DNA from: Balanoglossus misakiensis
Taxonomy: Eukaryota > Animalia > Hemichordata
Length of the DNA: 64,000 bases
Reading direction: 5' to 3'
Assembly: GCA_040954595.2 (NCBI GenBank)
Contig: CM082588.2
Span: 11,235,398-11,299,397, forward strand
Position numbers and translations under genes: made by a program. Within the stretch, counting starts at the first letter, position 1; each line of letters begins with the position of its first letter. Of this stretch, positions 62,520-64,000 are shown in pieces. The notes beneath the pieces were generated by a model. The model had not been told where the DNA came from. It saw nothing but the letters and a program-made list of their open reading frames with translations, and did not search any database.

Positions 62520-63020
62520 ACAACACAGAGAATAGTTCTCCATATTCATTTTTAATACGATAAGATTCACTGAATTGGCGCATCCATGGGCAGGCAAGGT
62601 TAGTTCCAACTCAGTTTGCAAATCAGGCCCATGTATCTTGTTCCCTGAGACTGTCTGCTTCTAATAATAGCTGTAAGAACATAATCGTTGACCGAATGGT
62701 TGGTTCAATTTTGCGACATTTTATGATTTCAAGCTGTGCAATATTTGCAACTCAGTTTCAACTTTGGTTGGAGGGATGATGATGAAGCAATTTCACTGAC
62801 AAAATAGCACTACTAACTGACGTCAATATTTGTTCAAAGTTAAATGCATTGCCATCAGAAAAATGTATACGAAAAGTTTCGTATGTGAATAATAACACTT
62901 TTTCGCATAACTGCAAACCCTGTCACAGTTGTGAAATTCTAAGAAAATTCATTCATTAGGTAGAATTCGTGCTTTATGAATTCTTAAACAAACTTAGTCA
63001 TGAAACCTAAATGGTTACCT
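62520..63020 (-). repeat. Inverted, MITE-free copy of the 54020-55340 repeat
   Basis: Reverse complement aligns across both flanks of the 54226-55048 insertion. Confidence 0.75.
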
Positions 63021-64000
63021 TACACATGTGGAGGCTCGACTTCTGTGATATGATAGTCTTTAATTAATGTGTATGTGATTCCATACAAATCCATATGATT
63101 ACCTGAACATACAAAATAAATTAAAAATAAATACATAAATTAAAAATAAATAAGTATCTCATACATATGCATAAGTGCTTGTGAGAAATATATCATATAT
63201 CTAAATAAACCTGTCATTTATTGACCTCATTTTCCCAGTAAACCAAAGGACTAAATTGCACTTTAATATTACAGCTTCATTTCAATGCAACAGGTACACT
63301 ACATCATAAGGGAACAAATATGCCAGCTCAACATTTATATAAACAGTGTCAAAATATAAGTGGCTACAAAAGCTTGTGTCCCTTCAATCCATTCTCCCAC
63401 TCAGGTCAAACGTGTTACATATTAAAATTGCAATGTGCATAATATACAATTAGTCTTTTGTAAATTCAGACTGAGAAAATATGACTGATAAACATTATCT
63501 GGCACATGTTGGTGAATGGCTGGCGTTGATGTTGTGGGTTGAAATCCGAACTATGATTATCGCGGGTACAAATCACATTTATTTTCTCAGAGACAACACG
63601 TTTGCAACTTCGGGACAGAAAGGTGAAAACGAACGTCATTAGTTCTTGGGAAAAAACTCTGAAATCAATTTCATTGAGGTCAAATGTGTTCCAAAGGCAA
63701 ACCGTTTCTGGTAAACAAATCAATGGCAAATAGTTACTTCGGCGACTTACCAATCAATCAACATGGCTGCCAAATCGTTGGATATCCCGGTTTCATCTCG
63801 CGATCATTCTATCTTCCGATATGGCGTTGCTTGGTTAAATTCGTCTCTTCTTTGCCGACATAGTCGGGCGACAGCGGTCGAGAAGCATATACAGCGACGC
63901 CATCTTGTTTACAATGTGAAGTATCAACTGCGCATGCTCAATGGTTGTTGATTGGAAAGTGGGCAGAGCCTGCAAGATCCAGGGTTCGCTTGACCGGCCA

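Noticed and set aside
1-64000. tRNA, rRNA or an intact host protein-coding gene
   Set aside because: None recognised by eye; small exons of a gene spanning the window cannot be excluded without transcript data.

Overview
Eukaryotic (animal) genomic DNA with spliceosomal introns, AT-rich and almost entirely repeat-derived. The repeat types suggest a marine invertebrate, but that is inference. No intact host gene is evident. In order, the window holds: (1) small MITEs and palindromes; (2) a three-exon, frameshifted hAT/ZNF862-like transposase remnant (6.05-7.15 kb); (3) a 5'-truncated L2-type LINE (8.0-8.85 kb); (4) a second LINE ORF2 (9.5-16.8 kb, minus strand) split by a TTAA-flanked Kolobok-like MITE and by a 4.7-kb non-coding TIR element built from 69-bp hairpin repeats carrying GGAAATTTCC; (5) a 12.6-kb satellite with a 78-bp monomer (21.86-34.47 kb); (6) a rearranged, partly palindromic 9-kb region (36.7-45.6 kb) with scattered exons that splice in phase into a tandem OB-fold (RPA-like) protein, a ~465-bp inverted repeat and a near-perfect 2.06-kb triplication containing a cryptic C4 zinc-ribbon frame; (7) a young full-length Ty3/Gypsy (Mag-like) LTR retrotransposon (46534-51421, minus strand) with one frameshift in gag; (8) older nested DNA-transposon and Helentron-like repeats to the end. 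Most ORFs in the supplied track are repeat artefacts. All alignments were done by eye, so boundaries of old repeats are approximate.
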